Of a stretch of DNA of 64,000 nt, positions 11,763-23,771 are shown one piece after another. Positions within the stretch are counted from its first letter, which is position 1, and each line of letters starts with the position of its first letter. Both the position numbers and the translations under genes were made by a program. This stretch comes from Carcharhinus longimanus (Eukaryota). The stretch covers positions 34,620,745 to 34,684,744 of the forward strand of contig JASCQW010000190.1 in NCBI GenBank assembly GCA_030264375.1, written 5' to 3'. The notes beneath the pieces were generated by a model. The model was not told the origin of the DNA and did not search any database. It saw only the letters and a program-made list of their open reading frames with translations.

Positions 11763-14019
11763 AATCCTCCCTAATTTTATTCATACATTCTTCTTTTTGC
11801 ATTGTTTTTCAAGCTTATAAACCTTTTCACTCACTTAGCGAGGTGGTCCACTTTGGTAGGAATAATGGTAGGAAGGATTATTACTTACGTGGAGAAAAAC
11901 TGCAGCAGGCGACGNNNNNNNNNNNNNNNNNNNNNNNNNNNNNNNNNNNNNNNNNNNNNNNNNNNNNNNNNNNNNNNNNNNNNNNNNNNNNNNNNNNNNN
12001 NNNNNNNNNNNNNNCTTATTGAATGGCGGGGCAGGCTTGAAGGGCTAGTTGGCCTACTCCTGCTCCTATTTCTTATGTTCTTATGTTCTTAGGTAAGTTG
12101 TGATGTAGTTGTTTCAGAGCTATCTCTTACATAACTTTGATAACTTGATCTGGGTGTTCAGTCCTATTCAGAATCTTTCTTCCAGGGTCACTGACTACTC
12201 CCTGGATTCTTTCAATTCACTTATTAGATTCAGTTGTTTTGTACAATTTATCTTTTCAGCTTCGGCAAGTTTAGATTTGCCCCTTCATATTGCACATCTC
12301 AACCTTTAGGTTCAGATTGGACCCAAGTTCATCAGTTTTAGTTGTTCATTCTGCTTTTAAGCAATTCTCTGTCCTATTCCATGCATTTTGCATGATGCTT
12401 ACCAGAAAGTTCTGATACCAGAAGTTTATCGAGTTTTAATTGAAGATCTATCTTTGTTGAATGTTGAGTGTTTCAAAGTCCTTTTTCAAGTGTTCTACTT
12501 CCTGTGAGTGACATTCCAGTGTTCTTATCTGTTCTTGTTTGTCCTTTACAAACTCATCCTTTATATATGAAAGTTGGTTCTCTCCGCTGATCAGTTTTGC
12601 CTTAGCAGAGCACAATTCCTCTGCATTATCATTCAAGCTCAGATCCTAAATTGTCTTTGTGCCAATTGTTTCTGAGATTGTTCACTTCCTTTTGTGAGAG
12701 GTTCTACTTGCTCTTACTTTTCAGTTATACCTTTGGAAGTGAATTTTTTTTCCCAAGTTTTCTTCTAATTCAGCTTTGAGTACAATATTTTCTAACCTTA
12801 TTTCATTTTCCCTTTCCAGGATTTGTATATTTCATCAGGTAGTTTTCATTCTTTCACAATCTGATGCTTGCTCTGCACTTCCAACTGCTGTTGCAGTTTA
12901 GCTAATCTATTGGGGTTTCCAAAAATATGTATTTTTGGAACTTGTGAAAAGCTCTTTGCCTATCTAGCATCCTCATGTAGTTTTCTAAGTTATATCTTTC
13001 ACCATTTCTTAGTTTTGCTGCATTTTATTTCACCCTCTGTTTAAGCTTTTGCGCTTTAGAATTTGAAAATTAAAACAAATGCCAGAGGCTTTCATTAAGT
13101 CATCGAAGCTGGTTGAGGATTTATCAACACACTTCATTAGGATTATTTCATCCACAAATTCACCAAACCAATATAAAATGGTATTAATCTGGATTTGTTT
13201 CTGACTTTCTGCCTGAAACAGATATATTGCAGTAGATTAAAAATTCTCCTCTCCAGGATGTTGCAAATTCTCCTCTGATCAACGGCTAAAATGGTTTAAA
13301 GTGTTGGTTCTGCTTTAAGAGCTTGCTGAACTTCAAGATGGTATCAGCATTCATGTGAAGACAAAATGATTTTCTATGCTCGATAGTACTGGGGAGCTCT
13401 GCTACAATGGCGATTACACTCAGATTGTAAAGAGATTTCAAAAATGGCTGCCTGGATCAATCGCCTGCAAAGTTCTCTTGCTCAGCGTTTTACTTAAAAG
13501 TTGCAAATTTGTTGAATCCTGACTTTTGTTTTCTATTAGCTGAGCTTAGATGTGACGATTCCCCTGGATTATTTAATTATTTATTTTTCCAATTTGGCAT
13601 GAGCTCCGGAATCGTTTTTTTCTCAAACCTGTAACTCTGAATTATTGAAAGATTTTGCGGGACTTGCTGTAGCCTAGGGTTATTAAAGATGACTCTGTAC
13701 ACTGGGATTAGGAACTTGATTCGAAAAGAGATTCAATAGAGTCCCTAAATCTCTGTCCTCAGCTTCCAAGCCTTTCATTGGAACTTTTCACTGGCAAATG
13801 TTTCCTCTGCAGCTCAGTTTCCGGGTCTTCTTTTCAGGTTGGGCTGCTTTGTTAAATTTCTCTGTCTTTTAGATTTTTAGCTTTACTCTGCATTTGCTGC
13901 AAAGTTTTGCGTTGTTCCATTAGCTGCCACCATGTTGTATGCTGTTACAGTTCAGTAGGCCTGAAGAAGTCTTCATGGTTATACTTAGGTTATCTGTAAG
14001 GCAGGCATTTTCCAGCCCT

Positions 14020-14173
14020 TCCTGCTGAGGGGATTTTCAGGTCACTGAATGCAACCCACCCCATGGCGGATTCCCTGGCAGAACGGCTGGTGACCAATAT
14101 AATTGGCCATTGGCTTTGGCCACCACCATTGGGAAAACTACCATGAGGCGGGGAGGGGGCAGGAAATCTCGGC
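14020..14173. mobile_element. MITE inserted in the right-hand LTR of element B
   Basis: Segment absent from the partner LTR (about 10750); ends ggcaggcattttcc ... ggaaatctcggc, flanked by taa/ttaa. Confidence 0.6.
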
Positions 14174-14777
14174 TTAAGTCTTTATTGATTCTCAGAACTA
14201 TTTACAAATAAACAATAAAGGTACAAACTAGGAGCTGTCTCCATGCTTGCTGGTACACGCAGCTCTGTCCAACCTAAGACTAACCCTGAGAGAGGGTCAT
14301 GTGCTCTCTTACTTCACTGTGTGGACTCAATCCCATATTAAACCTATAGCTCTTGTACTATACACATTTTTAAGAAATCTGGTTATGCTTCTAATGTATA
14401 GCAGTATAAGGAATATGATGTAACACACTATGTGATTCCTCTACATTAATCTAAACAAGGTTCCTGTACAGAATGCACATACAGAACCCCCATACTTGAA
14501 TAAAGAATCTACAATATTGTGTTACTGATTCTTGAGAGGTCGTTGCTTTGTGCACAGTGGTAGCTATTACAGAGATCAGGAAAACACAACAGAACTAATC
14601 CTGTACCTCTGGACATATTTTGCTCAAGCCTGCCAAGTACTCTGTTCCTTTCATAATGTTATTATCCACAAGTGACTGCTTCATTTATAGTATCATCTGT
14701 GAACACTTTCACAGGAGATCCACTAATGGGGATAATATTATAAAGCACTTCCTGCTTTCCCTTCACCCTCACTTTAG

Positions 14778-14918
14778 TTATTGAAAACAACACGGGCCTT
14801 GGAACATTTGAATATCCGGAATGAACAGTCAAGGAGACTAGAGAGAGAAAAAATTGAAAGAAATCTGGAAAAATTAAAGGCCATTTCAACTCAGAAGATC
14901 TTGACTAATGTACGAAAG
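14778..14918 (+). CDS. C16orf78/DUF4638-like internal exon (LLKTTRALEHLNIRNEQ...LTNVRK)
   Basis: Pyrimidine tract plus tttag| acceptor; open 141 nt; donor AAG|gtgggc; phase 0/0 links to the next exon. Confidence 0.7.
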
Positions 14919-15136
14919 GTGGGCATAATCATTTTTGTTTGTATTAAGTACATATACCAAAACAGATGGAGTTTGTAATGTCCATGGAGCAATCATTGGA
15001 TAGAACCGTAGAACCAAAATGTGCTTTTAATATCTTTAATATTGATAAATAACAGAGAAAATATCCTTAGCCAATTGCACTACATGTTAATCTCCCTTCG
15101 TAATAAATGGGAGAGAGAATATGATTACACTCATTG

Positions 15137-15246
15137 GCTGGAATTTTCCAGCCCGGTCACAGATTCGGCAGGCTAGCCAAAAGTCCATTGATTTTCAGCA
15201 GGACTGGATAACCCCAGCAGCAGGTGGGTCTGGAAAATCCCATCCC
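15137..15246. mobile_element. Short MITE
   Basis: ggctggaattttccag ... ctggaaaatccatccc terminal inverted repeat. Confidence 0.55.
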
Positions 15247-18008
15247 TGTCTTTGTATTGCCATTTCTCTCTACCTCTCTTCTGTCTCTCTTTTTTTCTAC
15301 TTGTCCCCTTTTAACTTTTCTATGTGTGCTCTTCTGATTGTCTCATTGACCTGTAATTTATTCAATGCTGCCCCCATCACTGCAGGAATTCAATGCCTGT
15401 TTCCTGGATCGACTCATTGGTGTACAACAGGAATAGGCAGCAGGAGCTCCAGGGTTCATCCATACCATCTTTAAAACACCTTGCACCCTGGTAGAGAAGC
15501 AGATAAAATAGGACAAACAACTCTCCCTTTCATTTTTCTCCTTCAAATCATTTCTTTGCACTTCCCATTTTGATAACATTTGGGCAGAATATTGATCACA
15601 CAAGTGCCATTGATACCCCGGGGGGCAGCACTGTAGGGCTCCATCCAGGAAAATATTAAACTTGTACTGAACAACACAGAATGTATAGTGTAGCAAAGGC
15701 CATCTGTCCCAATTATTTATGTCAGTGTTTATGCTCCATCCAAGCTTTTTCCAAGTTAACACTATGGAATTTTCCACCAGCTGGATTTTCCACTCCCGCT
15801 GAAGTCAATGGACCTTGGAATGGCTCACCACGTTTTCCAGCCCCACCCCCTCTGTGATAGGGCCACAAAATTCAGCCCTATGATTATAGCCTATTCTTTT
15901 CTCCCCTGTGTGTATTTAGCTGTCCCTTAAACGTATCTGTGCTTTTTACCTCGACTAATCCTTGTGAGCAGAAGTTCCTAATCACAATGATAACTTCAGT
16001 GATATTGATAGCCAGGCTGTATTGAAGGAGATTGAAATCAGGAGGCACAGACTCCTGGATAGATGGACCATCAAGCCTGCCATGGCTTTCACTTTTACTT
16101 TTTGAACAGAAGAAGATGATACGGGTACTGTCTGGTTATGGTTCCTTAAATCTGGTTATGGTTCCTTTATTGTGGAGTCCAATAGGCATAGACAAAGGTC
16201 ATAGGTAGAAGAGGGCACTCACAATGTTAAAATGGNNNNNNNNNNNNNNNNNNNNNNNNNNNNNNNNNNNNNNNNNNNNNNNNNNNNNNNNNNNNNNNNN
16301 NNNNNNNNNNNNNNNNNNNNNNNNNNNNNNNNNNNTTCCTTTATTGTGGAGTCCAATAGGCATAGACAAAGGTCATAGGTAGAAGAGGGCACTCACAATG
16401 TTAAAATGGCAGTGCAGGCTTGTTGGGCCGAAGGGCCTGTTTCCTGTGCTTTGTTGTTCTTTGTTCTTTGTTTTTGTTCTTTGTCTGCTATCCCCAGCAT
16501 GCTCAGGAGTGCTCTTCTGATCCCCATTAGGGGATTTTTACAATAACTTCATTGTAGTGTTAATGTAAGCCTACTTCTGACAAATAAACTTTAACTGTGC
16601 TTCCTGAAGTTAAAACAACCGGAGCAATGCTGTTGAGTAAACACACAATTTTCTTCCTCCCTTTCTCTCTCTGGGAGCCACACATCCTTCAGTCACTTAA
16701 AAAAATACTTACACACCTAACTGTCTAGCATTGTCAATATAGTTAACATTGTGAGGCAATTCACCCTTCCTCTTCCTAGTGGGTGGGATGGTGTGATGTG
16801 GCAGGGAAAGCAGTCATTAATGACGACAGAGTTGATTTGTGGCAGGGACTGTTAAAGAAAAGGTGGATGTTAGCGCCTCCCTTTCCATTCCTTGCCCCAA
16901 TCACTCAGGCTCCCCCTGCAACTCTTCAATCTCATTACATCCCAAGACTATTCCTACAACATCTTGAAGTCACTACTGCACTTTCCCCTTTGAACTACCA
17001 ACTCAACCTGTGTATTCACTTTCTCCCCCTACTTCATTACCCTTTACCTCACTTATGATCTTCATTTCACTGCCCCTGCCCCCCACTCACTCCCCAAGGG
17101 TGATACCAAGATGACAGAAGCCCCTTTATTCTCCCCTGATTTCCATTCTCCCCTCCGATTCCCCCCATCCCTAATGCTTCCTTCAAAGAGGTGTTGGTTG
17201 CTTTCAAAAGTTAATCTTTTCTTAAAGCAATTCAGAACGACCCAAGTGCCTTTGTATTAGAAATAGAATCTCCATCTCACAGGTATATACAATTAGCAAT
17301 GTTCTGTTATGCCAATAAAACAAAGCTGAGGCAATTATCAAGCATCAATAATCAACCGGTATTTGTTTTTCTGGAAATTGAGGTAAAATGAATGGGGATA
17401 TAATCTGGCCCCACGATTCTCGAGAGTGTGAAACTGGGCATGATTCATGCAGCGCCATCTCAACATACACCAAAACACAACGACCCAGGGAGCCTTCTCA
17501 ATTGGCTCTCTGGCCTCTGACATGATGCAGCTCCCCACTCAAAGCCTGACTAGTTTTGTGCTTATAAGCTTAAAGAGCAGGCAGGAGAAGTTTAATTGTG
17601 GGCTTCGTCCATGGCTTGCAATGATCCTTTTAGAGACGGCCGGCTCGGTTGCTGTAGAGCCTGTGAAAATAGTCAGAGCTCTTACAGCTAAGTTTGAACA
17701 GACTTTGCAAATTAATCGAGAAATGGGCCCAGGAGCCTCATTTTAATATTGAAGTGAGGCCGCTGCCTATTTCAAAATGTCACCATGGCAACCAAGTCAT
17801 GCTAAATCTTGTAGCCACTCCAATGCAAACTCAAATTGGGCACAAGCCTTCCCACTGCGAGTTTAGTTATTGTTGTACCTGTTTTGGGTCAAATAGGTAT
17901 TTGTAACAGTATTAACTGACCCCACAACCTCCCTCAGACCTTTGGTCATAAAGAGGATAACATTATTATAAAATCATGTAAAAACGCAGTAACATTTTCT
18001 TTTCAAAG

Positions 18009-18153
18009 TTGCCAGACAAAGTTTCTAAGATAATCCCATCAGACGACCAGCGGCAAGTATCAGTAAAGCCATCTTCTGACACTTTAAGAAGTCAGTTTGG
18101 AGATCATCTACCAAAGTTTGCGAGCTACCTTCAGAACTCTCCAAAAAAGACTG
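18009..18153 (+). CDS. C16orf78/DUF4638-like internal exon (LPDKVSKIIPSDDQRQ...QNSPKKT-G)
   Basis: Acceptor ttttcttttcaaag|; open 145 nt; donor ACTG|gtagga phase 1, matching the phase of exon 23369. Not present in the ORF track. Confidence 0.75.
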
Positions 18154-19869
18154 GTAGGAATAACAGAAAGAAATAATCTTTTCATTTGCATTGCGACATC
18201 ATATAAATATTGTGCACATATTTAAATTAGTTGATAATTCTATCTGTGCAGTTTATAAAGCAATTCAACCACTTCTTAATTATACCTGAAAAGCATCCTG
18301 ATGGCACATTAAGTAAATGCACCAGGGCTACACTCAATCATGAGGCTCCTGGTTTGTCTGCCCTACTGGGCGAGTTGACCTCAACTGGCGCAATGGTTGT
18401 GGTAATACATTTGATCTAATTGGATTAAGAAGTTGAAGTGTCAACAAAAATACACATTCCTGATCACAGCCCAGTGACTAAAACTGTGCATCAGTGGTTG
18501 TCTCGTGAAGACAGGATGGTACTTTACCCCCAATAATCTGCCAGCGCTCACTCTCTAAGCTTGCCAAGGATGAATGGCCATTTGGGTGAAGGATGATAAA
18601 GCTGCTGACAGAATTATATACCAGAGGGATCACAGCCTTCAAGAACACAGATAAGGTGTGGGACCAATTTAAAAAGGGAAAAGGAAAAGGGGAAAGAAAA
18701 AAACTCAAAGAAAACAATGGAAAATATTTAATAAATCTTGCTGCTCAGAAGTTTCCTGTTAGTTTGAATATTGTGTTACAGCTAATATGATCTTTGAGTT
18801 GCAAGATAACACAAAATGCTTAAGGATGGGAAGGGGATTTGACCCATCTTCATCCATCCAAAACAGCCCAATTATTATAAGTTTGTTTATTAGCCACAGG
18901 TAAGGCTTACATTATTAACACTGCAGTGAAGTTACTGTAAAATTCCCCTAGTTGCCACACTCCGGCACCTACACTCCCCTTCATTCTTGATTCATGTCTG
19001 TTTTTGAAACCTGAAATCCATTTCACATGTTGTTCAACCTCTGCGCAAAAAATCTTTAATATCAGTTCCAAAGATACCTTTTGTGAATTGGAACCAGATT
19101 CCTCTTGTTTCACTCTCCCTATTTAAAGTATTCCGTTAATCTTTTCCAGATCATTTCCTATCTTGCATATTGCCTCTCAGATGCCTCCTTTCCAGATTGA
19201 AAAGACCAAGTCTCTCTGTTTTCTCTTCATTCCTCAGACATTGATGTTATTATCAACTCAATGGCAGTTCTCTGCACTGCCTTCAATGTCTGCCTGTTTC
19301 CTTTCCTTCACAGCAGTCAGAAACAGACACTGTACACAAGATATGGCGTGACCAAAGAACACTATCATTCTCGGGCACTTTCTGTTTCTATCTTTCCCTC
19401 AGGTTTAATCATTACTGCCTGTCTTTATAGCACAGAAGGCTGAGGGGCAACATACAAATCTCACTTTGTCAATGGTGTGAGGCCAGAGGTGATACTGAAC
19501 AGGAAGTTCAAATCCACTTCTCTGTGAACTCTGATTGTCAAGTTCAGCAGTGAGGGGACTTAGGGAATCGTTTGAAAAGTTAATTTCATACCTCACGGGA
19601 TTCATCCGTATCGTGTTAATGTTAATGTTGTTGCCAGAGTGACTAACTGACAATCCTTGGAGGAGACCAGCATGCCAGTTTAATATCCAGAGCTAGATCT
19701 AGTTGCACAGTCTGTGAGAGAAAGGTTAACCTTTTGGAACACCAAGTCCTAAGAATATAAAAGCATCATTCAATTCAAGCCTTAGCAGTACACAGCTCAT
19801 GCTGTGAAGAAACCCCAGGCAGGGTAGAATGGTGACAGCAGACACCACTCACCCTGTTAAATATCATAA

Positions 19870-22635
19870 CCTGCACTGTTTTTGACATCAGGATACAGAC
19901 TTTGTTGTCATGCATTCTTTCTCATGCACTTCAGCGCTGTGCCAGGTCGGGACTTATGTTTTTGGCAAGGGGGCGATGCAGAATATGCAGGTCAGTTGGC
20001 ACAAGACAATGAAGGCTCAACAGTGTTCATTCAGCTGGAGTACAGAGGAGGCTATGTGGGGATGTGACTGTAGTGCTGAGGAGTGGTGTGAGGAAGAGCA
20101 GAAATTCACACGGGTAATGGGAAGCACTGGGGTGGAAGTCACATGGAGTGACGAGAGTCAGGGCTTTGTTAGGACTCCTTAATGCTCATCGTGGTGTTCT
20201 CACTCTTTCAAAGCATGCTTCTTTTGGCCACGTCTTGGAGTCCATCATAGCTGGAATGATAGTCCAGGGCACTGCAGGCCCTTTCAAGTATTTGATTCCA
20301 GGTTTTCATCTTGAGGTGGGCAGGCAATCAGTAACCTCGACAGCCCCTTGGCCTCTTCCGCTCAGGTGAAAAGAGATGCAAAATTTAACTGCTATAGTCC
20401 TGGTGGTGGGGGTGGGGGTGTGTTTGCTCCTTCCATGAGCAGGGTCACTGGAAGGATGGCCACTGGATGATCCTCATCCCTTTGGGTGCCCAGTGGCCTG
20501 GTGGTCCTCCTTGGGATAGAGGGGCAGCAAGAGTGAGGTCCAGAAGCCTCACCATCCTCTGGTGCAGACGCCATGGATTCCCACTAGTGCCTGCATTTGA
20601 AGCCCAACGCTGTGAGGTTCCCGCCCTCAGACATAGAGGTCATGAGGTGAATCATGTGTGGACATCTCCTGCCATGGAGTGTATGTCCTGCACCACCATC
20701 ACAGTGCTGACCTCATTGTGCAGAGTGACGACACCAGCTCCTTGGATAGGTCATGGGATTCCTCCAGTCAGCTTTGCAGCCCAAGGAGAGATGCTGTCTT
20801 CTTTTCCTGATGTTGCGTCTCTACTTTTGCAGTTCCAAGAACTCTAGAATGACTTTATCCAGGGGCACATCATCAGTCAAGGGCCCAGTAGAGTCCTGAC
20901 CTCTGCTATCCTTCTGAATGCCCTGGGACATCCCTGCCTCCACTCACTGTGGATCTTCAGCTGTGAATGCTCACCAGTGAGTGACCCAGAAACCTGTGTA
21001 CTTAGTGAAGCCACCGAGGTGCGAGTATCTGTGCTGGAGCGGGATGTGGTTGACAGTCCAGTGGTATCCAACCCCTGCCTCTTCCAGGACAGGGTTGGAG
21101 AAGTCTCCCTTGGAGCTGCTGGAATCTGGTGGGTCAAGGGGGTCCGAGGATGGTGCGGCCTGCTCGGTGCATTGCCTGCAAGAGAAGGGAGATGGCATTA
21201 GTGCATCACAGAAAATAAAGAAGGGAACACTGATTATTCACGCGAGACTTGAGGAATGCTCATGTCTTTCGGATTCCCAATATTTTCTGTTCCCCCACTT
21301 CACCATCAGTACAGGTACACTCTTCCTCCTCCCCATCCAGATCAAGGGCTCTCTCCTCGAATGGCGTGAGTGTTCTCACGCCATTCGAGAGTGCTTTGGC
21401 ATTACTCTGGCTTGGTGTGTTAGCTCATGCCTGTTGTGGTTTATTTTATCCTGCAATGACACAGATGGGGAGAATGTAAGCAGGAGTTGTTAACATTTAA
21501 GATGGTGATTAGGTATGGCAGGGGTGGGCCTCGAGTGGGAGCTGGAGTATGAGGAGCATGGCAGAGAGTAGGGGGGATCATGGTGATTGGAGGAGGAGGG
21601 AGGAGGGCCTCCTTACAGGTGTTGGCAAAGCCCAGAGTGGCACAGTTGTTGTCAGACTTTTTACAGTGGTCAGCGCCAAGGACCCAGGTTCAATTCCTGG
21701 CTTGGATCACTGTCAGTGTGGAGTCTGCACATTTTCCCCATGTCTGCATGGGTTTCCTCCAGGTGCTCCAATTTCCTCCCACAGTCCGAAAGACATGCTG
21801 GTTAGGTGCATTGGCCATGCTAAATTCTCCCTCAATATATCAGAACAGGCGCCGGAGTGTGGCGACTGGGGGATTTTCACAGTAACTTCATTGCAGTGTT
21901 AATGTAAGCCAACTTGTGACACTGTAAGAAGGCCCTCCTCCCTCCTCCTCCTCCAGTCACCATGATCCCCTCTACTCGCTGCCATGCCCCTCACACTCCA
22001 GCATGTAGGCCAACTTGTGACACTAATAAATAAACTTTAAAGCCTGAAGTGTCTGGCTGAGAGATGAAGGTGGAGATGGGAATGGGTGTGTGAGGGGGGT
22101 CCAGGAAAAGACTGCATGAGGCTCACTTACCCTGGCTGAACACAGAAGATCGTTTATCTTTTTCAGGCACTGCTGCCCTGTCCTCTTTTGCAGTGAGCTG
22201 GCACTCACCAGGGCTGCCACTGCATCCTAAGTGGGGATGGTAACATTGGTGGGAGGCCATCTCCTGGAGTGGCGTTAGAATGTATCCTGCGTCTGTTGCA
22301 TTCCGTCAAGCAGTCTGGTGAGGGCTTTGTCTCAGAATCAAGGTGCAAGCTTCCTGCCTGCCATCCCCTGCAATCGCTGTGGAACAAGTTCTGGAGAGGC
22401 ATTAATGTGGATCTGCCCATTGAATGCTGCGATTGAGTTGAGCCTGGACAGGCGAATCAGAGGGAGACTACCATGGGCACAGTGCGACTCTCATGGCCAT
22501 AAAAGCTTTTGTTTTTGAGGCTCATGATACAATCACAAATTATGGGATTTATGACTGGGATTGGTCAGTGGGACTGACTCCATTTTTCTCGCCAGAACTG
22601 ACACATTGCCAAATCTTGGTGAGGTTGCCCTCAGT
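19870..22635 (-). mobile_element. PIF/Harbinger-like element remnant encoding a pseudogenised Myb/SANT-like DNA-binding protein
   Basis: Exon-like 22364-22131: MAGRKLAP*F*DKALTRLLD...VAALVSASSLQKRTGQQCLKKINDLLCSAR|gtaagt; second exon starts at 21450 (ttgcag|DKINHNRHE...LTPFEERALDL); multiple stops; outer boundaries approximate. Confidence 0.7.
21630..22040 (+). mobile_element. Shark tRNA SINE with a templated insertion in its tail
   Basis: B-box ggttcaattcc, canonical body; tail interrupted at about 21923-22002. Confidence 0.85.
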
Positions 22636-22789
22636 GTCTGTTGTTGCTGCCTGTAAATGTTGATGTTCACTTTAACATTATTCATCGTGCAAAGTATCAC
22701 AGCTACCACTGGTCTGTTTGAAACTGAACCCAAGACACGTAAGTGGAGAAAGAGGATAAAGAAAACGAATAGAAAGAAAAGAATATTGT

Positions 22790-23130
22790 ACATAGAATCC
22801 TAACAGTGCAGAAGGAGGCCATTCGGCCCATCGAGTCTGCACTGATGACAATCCCACCTAAGATCCAACCCCACAACTCCACTTATTTATCCAGCTAATC
22901 CCACTAACCTACCCATCCCAGGGTACTAAGGGGCAATCTAGCTTGGCCAATCTAGCTAACCAGCACATCCTTTAGACTGTGGGGGGAAACTGGAGCACCT
23001 GGAGGAAACCCATACAGACACAGGGAGAACATGCAGACTCCATACAGACAGCGACCCAAGCCGGGAATCAAACCCAAGTCCCTGAAGCTGTGAGACAGCA
23101 GTGCTAACCACTGTGCCACCGTGCCACCCT
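22790..23130 (-). mobile_element. HE1-type SINE
   Basis: Reverse complement of head (gtgctaaccactgtgccaccgtgcc) and of CR1-like tail (agaatcctaacagtgcagaaggaggccattcggcccatc). Confidence 0.92.
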
Positions 23131-23368
23131 TTCTACTCTTTATATTACAATCAAACTTTATGGGTAACCAAAGGTTATGTTCCTGAGAAAGTATTTGTTG
23201 AATTTTGGTCCCAGTATGATTCCATGGTGTCTCTACATTTTTTTAAATGTGCAAAATCTTATCACAAATGAAGACAGCAACATTTGCTTTCAGTAGAATA
23301 TTACAACTTATTGGATTTAGTGTTCAATTTAAAGGAATAGTTAATGATGCAATCTTTTTTCCTTGCAG

Positions 23369-23771
23369 GGCAGACAACTTTAAAATCGGCATTACCATTT
23401 AGTGGATTAAGTTTGCCGATTAACGTGTCAGCCTCTAGGAACATAGACCCTCCAAACAAGAATACGAGTAACAGTATACCAGGAAGTGTCAACCTGAATA
23501 AACTGAATAAATATAACACTTCTTATTCACGCTCTAGCCAGATACCGAGCAGTATGGGCAGTCGTGGGACAATCACGAGGATGCCCTCTTTGTCAAAGGT
23601 TCTCTCTTCAGCTGGAAGCAAGCCTCTTACTGAGTCACGCGAAACCATATTTGGATTCCTCTCCTTTGATAAAAAGCTAAACGAGATGCTTGCAAAGTTC
23701 TCTAACGAGGATACGAAAAATCCATCAATAGGTTCGGAAATGTTCAAACCCGCGGAGGTTCTAAGGTGCAG
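23369..23771 (+). CDS. C16orf78/DUF4638-like penultimate exon
   Basis: Acceptor ttttttccttgcag|GG; open 403 nt; ESRETIF..LSFDKKLNEMLAK..FKPAEVLRCR resembles recalled human SQRATFI..MAYERKLKSLMEK..LKPEEVLSCR; donor TGCAG|gtaata phase 2. Confidence 0.85.

Larger units (their letters stand above)
10686..14364 (-). mobile_element. LTR retrotransposon B (non-autonomous, coiled-coil ORF remnant) inserted antisense into the 3' LTR of A
   Basis: LTR pair 10686-10954 and 13933-14364 share tgttgta..ttacag.tcagtagg and tgcttgctggtacac.cagctctgtccaac; PBS TGGTGGCAGC on - at 13923-13932; purine tract on - next to 10955; TSD catct/cattt; E/K/Q-rich ORF remnant 12448-12636. Confidence 0.85.
7460..14591 (+). 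mobile_element. Gypsy-type LTR retrotransposon A, internally deleted, carrying nested insertions
   Basis: 5' LTR 7460-7692 (TGTTG...CAACA); PBS-like TGATGGCAGC 7693-7702; PPT gagaaaggggaa 10659-10670; 3' LTR 10671-10685 plus 14365-14591; 5-bp TSD gaacc/gaact; protease-like VQVDLGASENIF (about 9520); integrase C-terminal-like EPSSFEVITSTGTMLHRNR (about 10130). Confidence 0.85.
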
